Source: Candidatus Bathyarchaeota archaeon (GTDB lineage Archaea; Thermoproteota; Bathyarchaeia; TCS64). From it: 64,000 bases of DNA. A program made the translations under genes and the position numbers. Location: contig JABIBQ010000080.1 of NCBI GenBank assembly GCA_018652685.1, positions 8,357-72,356 of the forward strand, in the 5' to 3' direction. The notes below the pieces were generated by a model. That model did no database searches. It saw only the letters and a list, made by a program, of their open reading frames with translations, and was not told where the DNA came from. Below are positions 25,623-35,685 of the stretch, in pieces (the stretch's first letter is position 1; the number at the start of each line of letters is the position of its first letter).

Positions 25623-27422
25623 TTAGGCTTTCTGCTCAGGAGGATTTGGGTCAACCCAGCTGAACTTTTTCTCAAGGGTTGCGCTGTAATAATTACGCCA
25701 ATCGTACTCCACCTTCTTACCCCACTCGAAGTAGACACGTGGGTCCACGTAGCTCTTGAGGCTAGTCCCCAGGTTATAATCCTTGGTCATCTCTTTGGCC
25801 TTGATCTGCAACCCAGCCTTCTCGATACCTTCCTTGTCCTTATGCTGCCGGGTCGCCATCCGCTCTTTGAGCTTTGCTATCGCGTCCCTGTGCTTCTGTT
25901 TGGTCTCCCTGATGCGCTTCCTGCCGTTCTTAATGACATTCTTCTTGCTGGCAATTCGGTTCTTGACGCCCTTCACCGCTTTCTCGGCCTTCTCCTTCAC
26001 AACCAACTCCGCCTTGTATTCAACAAGCTTGGCCTTGTCCGTCTCCAGCTTTGCCTCGTACTTTGCGACGCGATCGATGTACCTCTTATTGGTGTCCTTG
26101 ATGCGTTGCTTGTACTTCTTGATGTTTTCTCTGGCCCTCTGCTTCCTGGTCTTGAGGCGTTCCTTCTGGCGACCCAGGCTTTCTGCCCACGAAGCTGAGA
26201 TCGCCCTCTTGTGGTTACACGTCATGGCAGCCTCCAAGTTGGCAATCGTTGCAACGTGTTTCTTGTAATAATCAGGGGCATTGTCCGGAATATTCATGGA
26301 CTTGAGCTTGGATTGCACCGCATCGGTAGCGTGGCAAGTCCTGAAGACCTTGGCGGAGATTCCCTCCATGACCTCGTCAAGGAACTCGCTTACGACGCTG
26401 CTATTTACCTCGCTGAACAGGGGACCGTCCTTGCTGGCGCCCATAAACTCCTGGAGGTTAGCGGTTATCTGGTTGTCCAGCTTTGCGGTGAGTACCAGCC
26501 TGATACTGTCCTTTCCTAGGAAATCGAATGTAACCGAGCCGTCCTCGTTGACACAGATGTGCTCTGCCCTGAGGCTTGAGGCCCCGACCGTGTCCGCCTC
26601 CTCGGCCTCGTCCTTCTCGTCGCCAACCCTGAATTTTAAATCGTTGATGAGGTAGCAGACCGTAGCGGTCTTTCTCCGCTTAACCGTCTCGTCCACGAGA
26701 TTTGCCTTGATGTGATTCCTGATCTTTCTCAGGTTCTTCCTCAACTCGATGGCCTTGTTGAACTTGGCTATCTCGGTTTTCTGCTTGACGGGGCTGCTGT
26801 CGTGTGGCCAGACGTACTTCATCTTCTCAGTCAACTTGTCCTTCCACTTAGCGACCCAGATGCTATCTGGGTCCCAGTCCACCCTGAGCCAGTCACCCTC
26901 TGGAAGGGGAACATCCCTGCTGTGGTTAAGTATGACATCATTGTGCCTGGGGCCCTCCTTCCACTTGCCCCTGAAGGGGTGTTCGCCCCTTCCCATGAAT
27001 ATGCTGCTAGGCTCAACCATGTAGTTGCCCAGCTCGCATCGGTCGCCGTCGATGATCGCGTAGCCGTACTTTTCCTTGTTGGCCTCGCGGATCACCTTTC
27101 TTTCCGCCGCGAGGAGTTTCTTCTCCTCACGTGGTAACGCTTTCTTGAACTCTCTTTCGGCTACCACGTCGGCGTATATTTCTGAGTAATCTACGTCAAC
27201 ATGCCGAATCTTCTCTCCCATTAACTCGCTGAGGCCGTTGTGGAAATTCTTTTTGAAAACAGGGTCATCCACGTAGGGAGTTCCGATTTTCTTCGCCCAA
27301 GCAACGATACGCTCCTCCTCGACTGGCTTAAGTTTACGTAGTTCTCCTTTGATTATCACTGAATACCCCCTTGGTTCGTATATAGGAGGTACCATGACGC
27401 CGTTATGATGCATTGATTCCAT
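25623..27422 (-). CDS. Eukaryote-type DNA topoisomerase IB
   Basis: 599 aa. HNGVMVPPIYEP aligns to the human TOP1 core. All five catalytic-pentad contexts are visible (FRVGDEK, FDFLGKDSIR, AKVFRT, TCNHKR, LGTSLKSYVDPR). The Tyr codon is at 25749-25751. A long Lys/Glu-rich coiled-coil linker precedes it. Confidence 0.9.
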   Translation of the reverse strand: MESMHHNGVMVPPIYEPRGYSVIIKGELRKLKPVEEERIVAWAKKIGTPYVDDPVFKKNFHNGLSELMGEKIRHVDVDYSEIYADVVAEREFKKALPREEKKLLAAERKVIREANKEKYGYAIIDGDRCELGNYMVEPSSIFMGRGEHPFRGKWKEGPRHNDVILNHSRDVPLPEGDWLRVDWDPDSIWVAKWKDKLTEKMKYVWPHDSSPVKQKTEIAKFNKAIELRKNLRKIRNHIKANLVDETVKRRKTATVCYLINDLKFRVGDEKDEAEEADTVGASSLRAEHICVNEDGSVTFDFLGKDSIRLVLTAKLDNQITANLQEFMGASKDGPLFSEVNSSVVSEFLDEVMEGISAKVFRTCHATDAVQSKLKSMNIPDNAPDYYKKHVATIANLEAAMTCNHKRAISASWAESLGRQKERLKTRKQRARENIKKYKQRIKDTNKRYIDRVAKYEAKLETDKAKLVEYKAELVVKEKAEKAVKGVKNRIASKKNVIKNGRKRIRETKQKHRDAIAKLKERMATRQHKDKEGIEKAGLQIKAKEMTKDYNLGTSLKSYVDPRVYFEWGKKVEYDWRNYYSATLEKKFSWVDPNPPEQKA

Positions 27423-27535
27423 TCTACGACCTCTAATAGCTTTGATATGATTCCCCGTTTTTTTTAAAGGTTTTTAACAGAGTCCCGGAACCGCGCATAC
27501 AAGTAACGGTAATATGGCACCATGCTGATACGGTT

Positions 27536-28492
27536 TTGATGTCAGAAGGAGGACGGATCCAGAAGGACGACCTCAAGAGCGTCCTGCTGCTGGTTATAAT
27601 GTTCATCTCAGTGATAGGTGGACGGGAGATCGGGAACTTTTACTCCAGCTTCCGGGACATCTCCAACCTCAAGGTCTTCTTCGAGGTCCAGGAGGAGGAG
27701 CTTTCTAGGTACCTGAGGAACACTGTTGATGGAATAGAGACTGACCTTAAGATCGGCTACTCCGTCGCCTCGCTCAGGGTTGACACCTCGGAGGACCTCG
27801 TCACCACGACGCCCGATTATATCAAACGGTGGATCATTGGAGTAACGGTGAGCCCTATTACAGTCAATCAGCCCGAGGCGTCAAATGTGGAGTTAGAGAT
27901 GCTGGTGGAGGACCAGTTGGTGGACCAGGATACCTACGAGTACCCCAAGGAGAAGATCAGTTACATCGGACTCCGTGATAAAAGCATACAGATTGAGATC
28001 GATGACACCGAGCTACTGAGGCAATTAGTATCAGAAGCGGCAGAGACGTACGCAGGTGAGGTCAAGGTGGAGTTCAGAGGCAGGGTTCATGTCCATCTGT
28101 TGTTCCTTGATACTTGGTTGCCGTTCCAGGTAAGCCGCCATACCCTGGTGAGCATCCCACGTCTACAATACATTGACTCAGAGTGGCAGAGTATGTCAGG
28201 TGAGAATATTGAGACGATTGAAGCTGGTTCCAGTGGCTACATCGGGCTTGATGTGAGCAATCCAACCCGCATCCACAGCCTCCAGGAGGAAATGGTTTGC
28301 GAGTTCTTCAAGGACGGCTCTGATGAGCCTGTTACCTCTGTGATTAAGGAGGTCAACATGCCCCCGTTGAATACAGGTCAGTACGTCTTCCAGTTCAGCT
28401 TCACCGAGCCAGGTGTCTACAGGTACAGGATTCAATCGGGAGGAAGGACCATTGTTGAGGCTTCTGATTCACGGACGATAGTAGTGGATTAA
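27536..28492 (+). CDS. N-terminally anchored hypothetical protein (beta-rich ectodomain)
   Basis: 318 aa with a TTG start and a single N-terminal TM (SVLLLVIMFISVIGG). No recognisable catalytic motif. Confidence 0.5.
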   Translation: MMSEGGRIQKDDLKSVLLLVIMFISVIGGREIGNFYSSFRDISNLKVFFEVQEEELSRYLRNTVDGIETDLKIGYSVASLRVDTSEDLVTTTPDYIKRWIIGVTVSPITVNQPEASNVELEMLVEDQLVDQDTYEYPKEKISYIGLRDKSIQIEIDDTELLRQLVSEAAETYAGEVKVEFRGRVHVHLLFLDTWLPFQVSRHTLVSIPRLQYIDSEWQSMSGENIETIEAGSSGYIGLDVSNPTRIHSLQEEMVCEFFKDGSDEPVTSVIKEVNMPPLNTGQYVFQFSFTEPGVYRYRIQSGGRTIVEASDSRTIVVD

Positions 28493-28569
28493 TTTAGTAT
28501 CAACCGACTATTTCTTATATATAATAAAAGTCAAATTATTATAGGGCAAGTTTTCATTATGGGGAGTTC

Positions 28570-29835
28570 ATGTTGGGGACTGAGAGAGAAGTAGACCACA
28601 AGACTCTCGCAATTGATATCCTCCAGTCATTGAACAGGGCCTCCAGCAGGATGGACGCGATAAGGGAAATCCTGATGCACCTGAAAAGACACCTGAAGGT
28701 TTCAGCCACCGCCATCAGGCTCCAGGAGGGACAAGACTACCCCTACTTCGTTTTCGACGGGTTTAGTGACATGCACATCGAGATGGAGAACAGCCTATGC
28801 GGGAGGGACTCCGAAGGAAATATCCTCGTGGATGAGTCAGGTGAGCCGCTCCTAGAATGCATGTGCGGGAAGGTTTTACGGGGAAATACCTCTCCAGACC
28901 AGCCCTTCTTCACCGAGTACGGCAGCTTCTGGTCAAACAACACGGATAACCTACTCGCAGATTCCGACCCTGCGGCTTTGGGTGAAACGAGAGACGTATG
29001 TAACGCGCAGGGATATCTATCTGTGGCCCTACTACCCCTGAAAAATAAAGATGGGACCATCGGGCTTCTCCAGCTCAACGACATGGAGCCAAACAGGTTC
29101 AGCGAAGATTTGATCTGGTTCCTAGAGGGCATCGGTGAAAGCATCGGTATCGCTCTGGCACACCTCGAAGAGGAGAATAGGAGAAAGGAAGTAGAGGTGG
29201 AGCGCAGGCGGCTTCTTTACCAGTATAGACTCAGGATCAGCCAGCTGGATACCCTGTACAGGATCAGCAAAATCCATGAGAACAAAGACATCTCACTGGA
29301 CGAAACGCTGAACATGATAGCCACCCTGATCCCTGGGGCGTTGCAGCACCCTGACATCGCGGTGGCCCTGCTAACCGTCGAGGATAGAAAGTACCCTACT
29401 GACCAGAAAGTTGAGCTGGGTTACAGGTACAGCGCAATAATCCAGTCATACGGGGTTGTTCTGGGTACTCTCGCTATTAGCTACACGGAGCAGATGCCGA
29501 AGGAGTTCAAGGGTCCTTTCCTGGAAGAGGAAATCCAGCTCGTGAACCTGATAGCCGAGACGGTCTCAAGGATCGTCGAGCAGTCCAAGGGAGGGGACTG
29601 GAACAGGTCAATCGACCAGTACGCTCTGGTAATGGACAAGGACGAGATAAGCCACATTATGAAGCTGGTAGTAGAGGATACAGCCATAGGAGAGATGGAC
29701 AGGGAGGAGTACGACATCAACGATGTGCCAACTGACACGTCCCAGACAATGGACTCGTACATCAAGCTCAGCCACACCCTGGAGGTAAACAGGGATTTGA
29801 TCCAGAAACTCAAAAACCTGCTGAGCGGGGAGTAG
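28570..29835 (+). CDS. GAF-domain protein without recognisable output domain
   Basis: 421 aa with two GAF-like halves. The first contains the LECMCGKVL motif common in archaeal GAF sensors. The C-terminus is acidic. Confidence 0.6.
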   Translation: MLGTEREVDHKTLAIDILQSLNRASSRMDAIREILMHLKRHLKVSATAIRLQEGQDYPYFVFDGFSDMHIEMENSLCGRDSEGNILVDESGEPLLECMCGKVLRGNTSPDQPFFTEYGSFWSNNTDNLLADSDPAALGETRDVCNAQGYLSVALLPLKNKDGTIGLLQLNDMEPNRFSEDLIWFLEGIGESIGIALAHLEEENRRKEVEVERRRLLYQYRLRISQLDTLYRISKIHENKDISLDETLNMIATLIPGALQHPDIAVALLTVEDRKYPTDQKVELGYRYSAIIQSYGVVLGTLAISYTEQMPKEFKGPFLEEEIQLVNLIAETVSRIVEQSKGGDWNRSIDQYALVMDKDEISHIMKLVVEDTAIGEMDREEYDINDVPTDTSQTMDSYIKLSHTLEVNRDLIQKLKNLLSGE

Positions 29836-29865
29836 CTTAAAACTCCCCAAGGATGATTTATTTCC

Positions 29866-31479
29866 ATGGTTTTACCCGATGATCTATGCGCCGATCTGGC
29901 GTTTTTAAATGGAAAAGTGTTCACCCTTGACGGCCATGGTCGAACAGTACAGGCCGTCTCGGTGAGGAACGGGAAGATTTTGCAAGTTGGTTCAGACGAA
30001 CACGTGAAAGAGTCAACGGGCGACAGGACCAAGATAGTTGACCTGAACGGCATGACGATGCTCCCTGGACTCATCGACAGCCACATGCACCCTGGCGGGA
30101 GCTGGGGGGCTTATCTGATCAGGGGCGTCGCGTGTGGACCGCATTTCAACTCCGTCGAGGGGATGCTTGAAGCCATCAGGGAAAAAGTCCAGGATACTCC
30201 CCCTGGGAACTGGGTCCTCGGGTATCGGATGGATGACGTTAAGATGGGGCGGTACCCCACGAGGGGGGAGCTAGACGAGGTTTCCCCGGAGAACCCCCTC
30301 TACGTCCAGAGAAGGGATGGTCATAACGGGGTGGCCAACAGCCTGGCACTTGCAGAGGCTAACATAACAAGGGACACCCCGGACCCCCATCATGGTAAGA
30401 TCGAGAAGGACGCGGACGGCGAACCCAACGGACTGCTGAGGGAGACCGCAAAGGACATGGTCTACCACATCATGCCCCCGTACAGTTTCGATGAGTTCTA
30501 CAAAGGGCTCCAGATAGTGTTCGATGAATGCATCAGCCTGGGACTCACCAGCATCCACGCCAGCATGGTGAGCCCGTTGGAGTTCAAGGCCATGCAGAAA
30601 CTGAAGAAGAATGGAAAACTGGGTATCCGGGTAGCTGTCCACATCAGCGGAAGGGACGAGGGCATGGTGGAGGGGGCGATAGCCGCAGGAATACTAACAC
30701 CTTTCGGGGACGACTGGCTCAAGATCACCGAGGCGGAGTGGGTCTTCGATACCAGCACAAGCGGCAGGACTGCAGCCTACTACGAGCCATACGTCGGCGA
30801 ACCAGACAACACCGGGATTCTCCTGTACGACCAGGATGACATCGAGAGGCGGGTCTGGGAGGCCCATGAGGCGGGAATCAGGGTCGGATTGGACGGTGTA
30901 GGAGACAGGGGCATCGATAGATCGCTGGACGCCATCGAGAAGGCTCTGGAGAAGCAGCCAAGAGAGGACCACAGGCACAGGATCGAGCACTGCTGCTACG
31001 TTACCCCTGCGATACAAGACAGGTTACTCAAGCTGAACGTGATTGATGCATCTGCAACCGGGTTCCACCACGACCTTGGAGACGCCTACAAGACCAACAG
31101 GGGCGAGGAGGCCATGAAGTACATGTGGCCTCACAGAACTCTCATCGACAGGGGTATCCCTGCACCTGGCCACAGCGACGCCAGTATCTGCGACGCCAAC
31201 CCGTGGCTCGCCATTTACAGCATGGTAACGAGAAAGACCAGCAGTGGGGACGTCCTCTACGCGCCTGAGGGCGTGAAGCCATTGGAGGCAATCAAGGCAT
31301 ACTCCATTGACGGAGCATACGCCGCGTGGGAGGAAGACATCAAGGGAACCATCGAGCCCGGCAAGCTAGCGGACATGGTGGTCGTTGACAGAGACCCAAC
31401 GGGGATAGAGCCCGATGAGATCAGGAACATCAAGAATCTGATGACTATTGTGGCGGGAAGAATAGTTTACGAGACCTAA
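29866..31479 (+). CDS. Amidohydro_3-family metal-dependent hydrolase (YtcJ-like)
   Basis: 537 aa. Motifs LPGLIDSHMHPGG, a central HA...IEHC region, and C-terminal GHSDA and DMVVVDRDP. Confidence 0.8.
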   Translation: MVLPDDLCADLAFLNGKVFTLDGHGRTVQAVSVRNGKILQVGSDEHVKESTGDRTKIVDLNGMTMLPGLIDSHMHPGGSWGAYLIRGVACGPHFNSVEGMLEAIREKVQDTPPGNWVLGYRMDDVKMGRYPTRGELDEVSPENPLYVQRRDGHNGVANSLALAEANITRDTPDPHHGKIEKDADGEPNGLLRETAKDMVYHIMPPYSFDEFYKGLQIVFDECISLGLTSIHASMVSPLEFKAMQKLKKNGKLGIRVAVHISGRDEGMVEGAIAAGILTPFGDDWLKITEAEWVFDTSTSGRTAAYYEPYVGEPDNTGILLYDQDDIERRVWEAHEAGIRVGLDGVGDRGIDRSLDAIEKALEKQPREDHRHRIEHCCYVTPAIQDRLLKLNVIDASATGFHHDLGDAYKTNRGEEAMKYMWPHRTLIDRGIPAPGHSDASICDANPWLAIYSMVTRKTSSGDVLYAPEGVKPLEAIKAYSIDGAYAAWEEDIKGTIEPGKLADMVVVDRDPTGIEPDEIRNIKNLMTIVAGRIVYET

Positions 31480-31689
31480 GGCCAAACTCGGGAAAAAATC
31501 CCCGCCTTGCCTGCCATTGGTACTCAAATGGACTTGATTATACGCATAAGATGTGCCCTTTACCATAAATTAGGTAACCGGCAAAGCAAGGTGATAGTTT
31601 AAAAGCAACCACATGGATAAGTCGGCGTCTCCCTGACACATTGACAATCAATGATTGCCATTGTTTTCCTTCCAGACAGGGAGATATTC

Positions 31690-32460
31690 TTATCGGATAA
31701 CTGGCGTAGCCTTGGCCCAGTACTTCTCGTATAGGTCCTTGGCCCAGATATGCACTTGCGGGTCCTCGCTGACGAAGCCCCTGTAATCCATCCTTCCCTC
31801 GTTGGTGGGGAACCCAATCGCAGCCACCTTGCTCTCGTTGAGGGCCAGGAAAACGTTCACCTTGTCTGTCTTCCTTACCTGGAACTGCCCGCGATTAACG
31901 GCGTCCGCTATCACGGTGCCCCTATCGAACTCAGGGGGTACCACAATATCAGTTGGTTCAAGGAGCCTGAACTCTACACCCCGGGTCAGGGCATCTTCCC
32001 ATGCAGGTATGGCCGTGAGGATGTACTTGTCGGTGAGCCTGTAGATGTACTCCTGGGACTCCCTACCCATCTGCTCGATGAGGTGGAATATCACCATGAT
32101 GTCGTCGATGAACCTCGCCTCCCCAAGCTCCCCTATCCTCGACACGAACTCGGGGGGTATGCCAGTAAGGTCGTGGGTCTGGAAATAGGCTCTGTGGTTA
32201 CTGGTAAACATGAAGCCCTCGATCTGGGTCAGGGAAAGCTCGCCGTACCCGGTGAGGCTGTGGGTTCCGTTTGGATTCTTTTTAGTCAATCCCGTCTCCC
32301 CTAGCCTAGCCAGGTGTCTACTGGTCTCCTGGGTTGTGAGATCAAGCTCCCTGCTGAGGGCGGTGACCGTCATGTGGTCCTGCTGCAAGCGTTTGAGTAT
32401 GCGCAGTCTATCCTCGTTGCTGAACTCGAAGAACAAGGCACAGAGGCTTTCAATTGACAT
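31690..32460 (-). CDS. ArsR-type winged-helix regulator with DUF1724-like C-terminal domain
   Basis: 256 aa. N-terminal wHTH (NEDRLRILKRLQQDHMTVTALSRELDLTTQETSRHLARL). Confidence 0.7.
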   Translation of the reverse strand: MSIESLCALFFEFSNEDRLRILKRLQQDHMTVTALSRELDLTTQETSRHLARLGETGLTKKNPNGTHSLTGYGELSLTQIEGFMFTSNHRAYFQTHDLTGIPPEFVSRIGELGEARFIDDIMVIFHLIEQMGRESQEYIYRLTDKYILTAIPAWEDALTRGVEFRLLEPTDIVVPPEFDRGTVIADAVNRGQFQVRKTDKVNVFLALNESKVAAIGFPTNEGRMDYRGFVSEDPQVHIWAKDLYEKYWAKATPVIR

Positions 32461-32552
32461 GGAACATATCTCCTATTTTTTCATCATTGATATTATTATC
32501 CCTAAATCATTCATGCAATGGGGTTAAACGGGTTTCCCTACAACACTGACTC

Positions 32553-32780
32553 ATGAGACACAGTTTCTCCGTTCAGATGAGTTCCACCGAGAGCGTATCG
32601 GATCTGGTGATAAACAGGAAGAAGGACAGGCTATTCATCGAAGGCGAGCTGGGGAAGATCGAGGAGGTGGAGTACATCGAGGGCAAGGTTCTTACAATCA
32701 CTGGCGAGAACGGTGTTCTCAGGATTGACATATGCAGGGAGACCCTGCAAAACGCGTTGACCCCGAAAGGAAAAACCTAG
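32553..32780 (+). CDS. Small hypothetical protein
   Basis: 75-aa ORF divergent from the ArsR-type regulator, with no motif recognised. Coding status is uncertain. Confidence 0.35.
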   Translation: MRHSFSVQMSSTESVSDLVINRKKDRLFIEGELGKIEEVEYIEGKVLTITGENGVLRIDICRETLQNALTPKGKT

Positions 32781-32822
32781 GGTTATGTACTTCAACGAAT
32801 ACTGATCATGCAGTAAAAATCG

Positions 32823-33917
32823 GTGATTGAATTGAAGAGACCATTTGACTGGAAAATCTTGACCATCATCATGGCAGCATTCATCATTCTCATCGTGATG
32901 AACACATGGGCGGAAACAGACACTCCCCCAGAGGCCGCAGATCTTTCAGGTTACTGGCCGACGGACGGCTGGAAGTACGCCACACCAGAGCAGATGGGTT
33001 TGGATCCCAAGCCGTTGCAGGACATGGTCGATACCATCGAGTCAAGCTCGTTTAGCGTGGACAGTGTTATGGTCATCAAGGACGGATACGTCGTGCTTGA
33101 CGAGTACTTCGGCGGTTACGAGAAGGGAGAGCAACACATCATATACAGCTGTACCAAGAGCGTCGTATCCACAATCTTCGGAATCGCCCACGATAACGGA
33201 TTGATACCGGACCTTGACACAATGCTTCGTGTTATCTACCCGGATATAATCCCAGAGAATCCTGGAGATTGGAAGAACTCCATCACCCTCAGGGATCTCC
33301 TCATGATGTCAGGAGGTTTTGACGCGAGGGACAGCTGGCTCTACCAGTGGGAGGGTCTTGACGGGCTGCACGAGGCTGATGATGCTGTTGAGTACATGCT
33401 GGACCTGCCCATGAATTTTGAGCCGGGAAGCCGGTTCGAGTACACAAACGGGGTCAGTCACCTCCTCAGCTGCATCATTACCGAGCAGACAGGGGTTTCG
33501 GCAGCCGAGTACGCGGAAGAGCACTTGTTCGGTCCGCTGGGCATCAACGATTATACGTGGGAGGCCGACTCCCAGGGAAGGAACTGGGGTGACACCAGGA
33601 TATACTTCAATCCACACGACATGGCCAAGATAGGCTTCCTTTTCCTCAACTACGGGGAGTGGGACGGTGAGCAGGTTATCTCAGAGGAGTGGGTCAGGGA
33701 GGCCACGACACATAGAATCGACGCCAACATACTGGATGGGTACGGCTACCAGTGGTGGGTCGGGGATGGGTATTATCTTGCATTGGGCTACCAGGGGCAG
33801 TTCATTTTTGTCTACCCCGAGCATGATTTGATAATCGTCTTTACCAGCAGTTCACCGGAGACCTTTGATTACGCCATCAACCTACCTAATAAGTACGTTT
33901 TACCCGCGTTGGACTAG
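32823..33917 (+). CDS. Beta-lactamase/PBP-like serine hydrolase (class C-type fold), membrane anchored
   Basis: 364 aa with a GTG start, an N-terminal TM, an SxxK motif (SCTKS) and a YxN motif (EYTNG). Confidence 0.75.
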   Translation: MIELKRPFDWKILTIIMAAFIILIVMNTWAETDTPPEAADLSGYWPTDGWKYATPEQMGLDPKPLQDMVDTIESSSFSVDSVMVIKDGYVVLDEYFGGYEKGEQHIIYSCTKSVVSTIFGIAHDNGLIPDLDTMLRVIYPDIIPENPGDWKNSITLRDLLMMSGGFDARDSWLYQWEGLDGLHEADDAVEYMLDLPMNFEPGSRFEYTNGVSHLLSCIITEQTGVSAAEYAEEHLFGPLGINDYTWEADSQGRNWGDTRIYFNPHDMAKIGFLFLNYGEWDGEQVISEEWVREATTHRIDANILDGYGYQWWVGDGYYLALGYQGQFIFVYPEHDLIIVFTSSSPETFDYAINLPNKYVLPALD

Positions 33918-34534
33918 TCTTCGGCGTCCAGATCAGCGAAAAGCTGCTCGATGATCATTTGCTCGCGTCGTTTCGTGAGGATCTCGTGCCAGTATAGCTG
34001 ACTGCTCGCGGTCAGTAACGCGCCCATGACACTGACCTCGGTGATGAACATGCCCAACTCTTGATAACCAGTGGAGCCCAGGGAGAAGTATGGGTGGATG
34101 AACTCGAATGTGGTCATGACCATCCCGAACGCGAACACCACGTTGAGCAGTATCAGGGCGCCTGTGAGGAAAGAGCCGTACTTGGTGTAGGGCCAATCAG
34201 TCAACGACACGACTATCAGGAAAAGGGAGAGCACCGCGTAGAGTATGCCAAAGCCCCCCAACCTTTCTATCCTTACCCTCAGGACGTTCATCACGAGGAA
34301 AATGAGCATCGTTCCGCTGTTCCATAAGCCGAGGAACTTGAATGGTTCCTTGCTGTCCCTCCAGAGCCACACCCAGCTGAAGCAAAGGGTGATCGGGATG
34401 ACCCCGAAGCTTGTTACCTTGAGTATGATATATGTGAGTATGTTGTCAAGGCTCAGGTTGAACATGATGAACAACGCGGACGCCAGCCCAAGGACCATGA
34501 TAGTCGCAAAGTTCCTGAGATAAATCCTTCTCAC
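33914..34534 (-). CDS. Polytopic membrane protein, unknown function
   Basis: 206 aa with about 6 TM helices and an acidic C-terminal tail. Confidence 0.5.
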   Translation of the reverse strand: MRRIYLRNFATIMVLGLASALFIMFNLSLDNILTYIILKVTSFGVIPITLCFSWVWLWRDSKEPFKFLGLWNSGTMLIFLVMNVLRVRIERLGGFGILYAVLSLFLIVVSLTDWPYTKYGSFLTGALILLNVVFAFGMVMTTFEFIHPYFSLGSTGYQELGMFITEVSVMGALLTASSQLYWHEILTKRREQMIIEQLFADLDAED

Positions 34535-34569
34535 ACTTTCAAGTTGATCTGATGGATAATAAGAGGTTG

Positions 34570-35187
34570 CTAAGGGAGCTTGGATGCCGTGAGGTCAGCC
34601 GCTATCTCAAGGGCTTTGGCAGAGTCAAGGAGGCTCATGGATGGGTTCCTTGACCCCACTGCGTTCTCCGGGAGTCTAGGGACGTGTATGAATCCCCCGG
34701 GTATGCCCAGGTTCTTCTCGGCGATATAGTCCATGAGGTGGTAGAACACGAGGTTGCACCCCTGGGTACCGGCGGAGTTGCTGATATGGGCTGGTATCCC
34801 TTCATCCTTAATCTTCTCAACGATCTCCCTGACTGGAAGTGTTGACCAGTATGCAGTTGGTCCATCGGGATTCAGGGCCTGGTCCAACCGCTCATAACCA
34901 AAGTTGACCCTGCCGTCGGCACTGCCTACGTTGATGGCGACGCGTTCGACGGGGATGTCTGTGGCGATGCTTGAGACGCCTGTACAGATCACGGCGGCTG
35001 GCTGATGCTTGTCAACGAGACCCCTGATGATGTCCCTGACCTCGGCGTACTTCATAGGCATCTCCTCGATAACCACCTCGTACCCGTTGTACTCCATCCC
35101 CTCAAGGAGCCTGATGGCCTCCATGCTGGGGTTTCTCTTCATATCAAGGAACGGCTCGTAGCCTGTCAGCAGAATCTTGCCTTTCAT
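34570..35187 (-). CDS. pcp: Pyroglutamyl-peptidase I (pyrrolidone-carboxylate peptidase)
   Basis: 205 aa. Motifs ILLTGYEPF, and the catalytic-Cys context AGTQGCNLVFYH. Confidence 0.85.
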   Translation of the reverse strand: MKGKILLTGYEPFLDMKRNPSMEAIRLLEGMEYNGYEVVIEEMPMKYAEVRDIIRGLVDKHQPAAVICTGVSSIATDIPVERVAINVGSADGRVNFGYERLDQALNPDGPTAYWSTLPVREIVEKIKDEGIPAHISNSAGTQGCNLVFYHLMDYIAEKNLGIPGGFIHVPRLPENAVGSRNPSMSLLDSAKALEIAADLTASKLP

Positions 35188-35270
35188 AGTAGCTTGGTAA
35201 AGTGGCTGAGGTTATTTAGATTTTGAGAAAAAGGAGATAACTTCAAAATACAGTATTCGAATCTTCTACT

Positions 35271-35630
35271 ATGGACATAACAACAATCATTACTCAAATC
35301 ATTGGAGAACTGATTATCTCGGCACCAGCCCTCTGGTTAGCTGGGAGATGGAGGGTGGGAGCCGAGAGGGCAAAGTTCACCGATGCACTGTGGATTACAG
35401 CCGTTGGCGTGGTCGTGAGCGTGGCCACCAACGAGTTCGTTGGTGCGGGTATCGGTAGCATCATCCAGCTTGTTGTGTATCTCTACTTGGTGCAGAAATA
35501 CTACGAGACTGACTGGGTTAACGCTGCCGTAATAGCAGTGGTAACCGTGGTTATCCTTTTCGTGGCCACTATTGTCCTGGCCATGGTTGGGATAGCAATA
35601 CTAGGGCCAGGTCTAGCGGGTTTAGTCTAA
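35271..35630 (+). CDS. Small membrane protein, unknown function
   Basis: 119 aa with 3-4 TM helices. Confidence 0.45.
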   Translation: MDITTIITQIIGELIISAPALWLAGRWRVGAERAKFTDALWITAVGVVVSVATNEFVGAGIGSIIQLVVYLYLVQKYYETDWVNAAVIAVVTVVILFVATIVLAMVGIAILGPGLAGLV

Positions 35631-35685
35631 TACTACTCCTTTTTTCCAATATAACCTCAAATCTTTGTTTACGCTATCATAAGGG

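Noticed and set aside
25262-25738. A 158-aa minus-strand ORF overlapping both the small membrane-protein gene and the 3-prime end of the topoisomerase IB gene.
   Set aside because: The translation is Arg/Pro/Gly-rich. It overlaps the catalytic-Tyr region of TopoIB in another frame. The 116-aa TM-rich frame (25240-25590) is the more credible gene.
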